From contig MEDY01000163.1 in assembly GCA_001724265.1 (NCBI GenBank), forward strand, positions 1 through 64,000: DNA of 64,000 nt, in the 5' to 3' direction. Shown here piece after piece: positions 59,701 to 64,000 of this stretch (position 1 is the stretch's first letter; every line of letters begins with the position of its first letter). The notes beneath the pieces are model-generated. The model saw only the letters and a program-made list of their open reading frames with translations. It was not told the origin of the DNA and searched no databases. The DNA is from Rhizaria sp. SCN 62-66. Taxonomy: Eukaryota. The position numbers and the translations under genes are program-made.

Positions 59701-62700
59701 GAGCTACCGTCACAGCTGCACGCCCGCAACCCGTTGTTAATCAAGCTCACAGTGCTGCCTACCGGCGCGATTGCTGGTGCTGGGCAGTCAACCACAATTC
59801 AAGTCTCGACCAACTCGGTGTTCGCAAACTGCTCCGTCGCGCGGTACTCGGAAGCGTCTACAATCACGCCTGAAAGTGGCTTATGGACTCGGATTACTGA
59901 CGTACTCTCAGCGCAGTTTGTAATAAGCTCTGGAGATGTACTGCCAATTTGGGTCCGCTGCTGGCAGTACACTGCGTACGGCAACGGTACCGTTGTGTCC
60001 GGTGCGACCAAGCCTTTTTTTATGTTTGACTATGTCTCTGGCGTTGCATTTATGCCTACTGTAAGTGACGCACTCAACATCATTTACTATGAGTGTGGTG
60101 AATTACCGAAGCTTCAGAGTCGCAATGTTATCTACGAAGACAATGGCTTTGGTCATACCGCGTACCTTGCTCGCATGACAGCGTCATGTGATACCGGTTA
60201 TGATCTTGTTGGCAATAACAACACAATTCTTCCTTGCCCAACGCAGCCCTGCAGCTGGACCACAACTTGCACTCCATCAGGCTGGGGTGCCGAGGCGCCT
60301 CGTTGCATCGTCCGTAATTGCGGCGCGCCGCCTGTTTCTGGCAACCGCACAACACACAGCGCGGACTACACAACCGTTGGAATTGATGGCAATGCGACAA
60401 CATTTGGTGCAGTCGTTAACTACGCATGCCTGGTTGGATTTGAGCCGACAGCTACAGGCACGTCACTCAAGTGTACTGCAAACGGCTGGTCGCAGACTGC
60501 CGCACCTCAGTGTGTGGCAGTCACTTGCCCGTCACTGGTTAGCGGTACAAACACTATTGCCCCTATCTATGGCTCAACACCCAGTGGTGCGCGACGTTAC
60601 AACTCTGTCGCAACGTATGAGTGTCTTCCAGGCTACATCATTTCTGCCGGCAACCTCACTGTAACTTGCCGTTCTGATCGCACGTGGAGTCCTGGCTCTC
60701 CAGTATGCCGCACAAACATGTGCCTGCAGCTTACGCCAGATTACCCTGCACAGAAGGCTATCATGTTCACTCGAGAGGCTAAGGTCGCGGGGCCAGACCC
60801 TGCGACGGGCTACTATCATGTTGATACGCTAGCCACGTACCAGTGCGCTGATGGCTACGACTGGGTCTCTACCGATAGCAGTGACCGTGTGCGCCGCTGT
60901 GTATACAGCGAAGGGTGGGTTCCAGTGTCGCCACCCCGATGCGCACCAGTGCCGTGCCCGTCACTTCCATCATTTTTTTATGGATCACTGACACAGGAGC
61001 CTGAGGAACTATACAACCAGTTTGGCGTTACAGCGACGTACAGATGCGACTATGGCGCCAATATAACGCCAGCTGGTAACACGCTCACCTGTATGGCTAA
61101 CGGTCAATGGTCCGGTATCCCGCGCACTTGCCAGCCGTACCGATGCAGCACACCGGCCTCAATTGCGGACGGACAAGTGACTGAAATTCAGCAAGGTGTC
61201 CTTGGCAGTTATTACAACAACTCAGTTGTTGAGTATCGCTGTGATACGGGTTACAACTTACTGTATCCTGGGGTTGCCCTTAACTCGCCGTATTATTTTC
61301 AAACTACGATTAGTGCTGGTGTTGCCATTGAAGTTGGTCGCCGTGAATGCACGCCTAATGGTTGGGTTCCAGATTTGACACCGGTGTGCAGGGTCAACGA
61401 ATGCAGTCAACTCACCGCTTCAGCCAATGTTACAAGCATTTTCTACACAAACGGGCTTGGCGCGCGGCCACAGTATCGCACCATCGCAACATACATATGT
61501 GCACCTGGCTACGAAGCCCGCGACGCGACAGACAACATCACGAACAATACGCGCATTTGCGGTTCCCGTGATCAGGGCTGGATTCCTCAGGAAGCCCCTC
61601 GCTGCGAGCCAATTGACTGTGGCCCTGTCAGCTCGTCAGCCATTTTGTATGGGAACGCACCAGAAAGCGTATGGGATGAGCTCACTGTTAAGAGCCCCAC
61701 GCGGCTTGGCGCCACTGCTATGTACACATGTCAAGACGGTTTTGTGTTCCCGAATGGTTCAAATCGATTCTATCGTACATGCGCCCCAACTGCAAACTGG
61801 TTTCCTTCTGAGCCCAAGTGCGTCGATATTGACGAATGCGATTCAACATTATTTGGGGGCAAGTACTTTGTCAATTGCTCTGTGCTACACGGAATCAAAT
61901 CACAGTGCATCAACCTCGTTGGCAGTTACATTTGTGTTCCGCTTATCACCACAACACCCTATGCACCATATTCAAAGAAAGCGGGCAATGTAACCTATTT
62001 GGCAGCAAGTAAAGAGCTTGTGCCTGGAAACACCGCTGGTGGACAACGCATTCATTTTACAGTCCGGTCTGGTGTGGGCCTTGTGACGCCATTTTTTAGC
62101 GCTGTGCGCTATTCGAACCCAGATAAGATGTTATATCAAGACCCAGAGCTATTGCTGTACGAATGCACTGAGGTTGAGGCTGTGCGTGCGACGAGTGTTG
62201 CAGAGGCCGCCGCAGGGTTTAGTTTTTACGACGTTTCCTGTGCACTATCAGCTGGTCAGGGTGCGAGCTTGTATCTTTCTGTGCAATACTGCGTTGCCGT
62301 ATACGGCCAAGCCGAGCCAGACTGCAGCCGTTGGAACTCTAACTGGCAGGGCACACAGGCTCCGGATGACTTGCTGCACCGCGATGTCAACGAGGGCCTC
62401 CGGGTGACGTATCCCATGCCTGCGTTTGTGCGTGCCTCACTGTCCAGTATTACACCGAGTGGCTTGACGCAGCGCACAAGCGATTACGTCAGCCTGACCT
62501 CGCTTGGCGAAGATGTCATCATGAGTGTTGACAACTTTTATCTCAAACGCCCAAAGCTTATTGCAGTTAGCTACGGCGAGGGACGCGACGACTCGGACTT
62601 TACGTACGTCTGCGAGTTTAACCTCGGCATTGCTCTTCTGTACAGCGACACTGTGCTCGCATTGTCGTGCCGCACACAAGACGGTGTGAATCGGATTGAT

Positions 62701-64000
62701 CTACGATTTAAGCTCTGTATTGCGGGTCGCTGCACGATCTCGACAGACCGTTACTCATATCCGCAAATTCCCGAGGTGACATCTGTTACTGGCTGCGCTG
62801 TCGACGATATTGTCAATGGTCGGACCAGTGAATGTCCGACGGATAGCGCTGGCGTAAGGCTGACTGTTACTGGTTCCGGCTTCTTAGAGCCACTCTCTGT
62901 CATCATCAGTGGCCGTCAGTGCTCGGCAATCGACCGTCACAATAACACGTATCTGACTTGCTTGCTTCCGAGCAGCGCTGGTGTAGGCTTGCCAATTACG
63001 ATCAAAGCAGGCTCGCAGCGAGCTGAGTCTAGGAACCGCATTACATATACGGGCCCAACAATCACGAGTATTGAGGGCTGCGACTATGTATCGAATGCGG
63101 AGATCCGCGAGTGCCACCGCTTGGGTGGCAACACGATTGCGCTCAATGGTCGGAACTTTGGCGTCACAGCTTCAACTGTTATGGTTGGCGGACAGAACTG
63201 CCTTAATGTTACACACGACAAATTTCGGCCGCATGAGCGCATTACCTGCACTACTCCCCCAGGCTCTGCGACAGAACGCTCTGTCACTTTGCTCCAACGC
63301 TCAGGTCTGATGTCGATAGATAACATACTGCTTTCGTATGTCCAGTGCACGCCTGGCATGTATGGTCTTGATGTGTCTTGCTTACCTTGCAAGGTTGGGT
63401 ATTTTAACGACATGTGGTCCCAGAACTCTTGTCGCCAGTGCGAGCCAGGTCTTTACGCCAACAAGACTGGTTCCACAAGCTGCTCGATCTGCCCTGCAGG
63501 CTATTCCTCCGGTCTCGGTGCGCATACCTGTCAGCCCTGCGCGCGAGGTACCTTCTCGGGCGAACGATCTGGCTCATGTCTTCAATGCCCACCGGGCACG
63601 TTTGCACAGCACGAAGGGTCGTCCGCCTGCGAGGCGTGCGCGCTCAATGCAGAGAGCAACGATGACTACACGTTCTGCCGCTGTTCTGTTGGCTCTTACT
63701 TGGAGACAAATGGGGAGTGTGTTGCGTGTATGCTTGGTGGTGATTGCAGGGTCCCAGGTACAACTGTGTTTAACGTCAAGTCACTCCCTGGTTACGCACC
63801 TGCAGTGATTCGATATGCACGCGACAGTGTCATCCGTATGTCTTTGTATTATCCCGCAAGTACAGCAACCGAGGAGGCACGTAAATATGCACGTGCAGCG
63901 GTTTCTAAGCTACTATATGATAACTCCGAGTTGCCGATGGAACGTATTGTTTTTGTGGATGTCATTTTTGAAACAGAGGGCACACTGCGCGCCGCGGCAA
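41745..64000 (+). CDS. Giant secreted/cell-surface protein (>7,400 codons, 3' end outside window): signal peptide, long beta-rich region, ~11 two-Cys repeats, 8 sushi/CCP, EGF-Ca, IPT/TIG, Cys-rich GCC2/GCC3-like repeats; five in-frame TAGs and one +1 frame break near 45600
   Basis: CACCATGG start and hydrophobic MAYFSPYIALTQVTLCLVIVVACFSSWTMA. One frame runs 41745-~45600 interrupted only by TAG. The +1 frame is open from 45565 to the window end (the track lists no closed ORF in that frame; spot checks agree). Sushi ~60091-61821 (C..P...Y.C..GY...C...GW...P.C), VDIDEC EGF-Ca ~61822-61935, IPT (LTVTGSGF, IALNGRNFG) ~62750-63340, CxxCxxGxF repeats ~63340-63790. Confidence 0.85.

Overview
Eukaryotic (protist-like) nuclear DNA with GT-AG introns of 142-249 nt (donors GTRYGY) and flagellar genes. 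It contains the 5' part of RPL11, two tandem tRNA-Val(CAC) genes, a secreted saposin-like gene head-to-head with a Kelch + ~27x EGF membrane protein gene, a hugely expanded CFAP92/KIAA1257-like gene, DRC5/TCTE1, a ~3,240-codon low-complexity gene, and the first ~7,400 codons of a giant, apparently intronless surface protein (unnamed 2-Cys repeats, 8 sushi, EGF-Ca, IPT/TIG, Cys-rich repeats) that runs off the window. Main observation: six in-frame TAG codons (one tandem TAG-TAG) interrupt two otherwise continuous reading frames, with no in-frame TAA or TGA doing so. All five gene ends in the window use TAA or TGA. This points to a non-standard nuclear code (or systematic recoding) in which UAG is sense while UAA/UGA stay stop. 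The amino acid cannot be determined from this window. Family assignments are from recalled motifs, not database searches.
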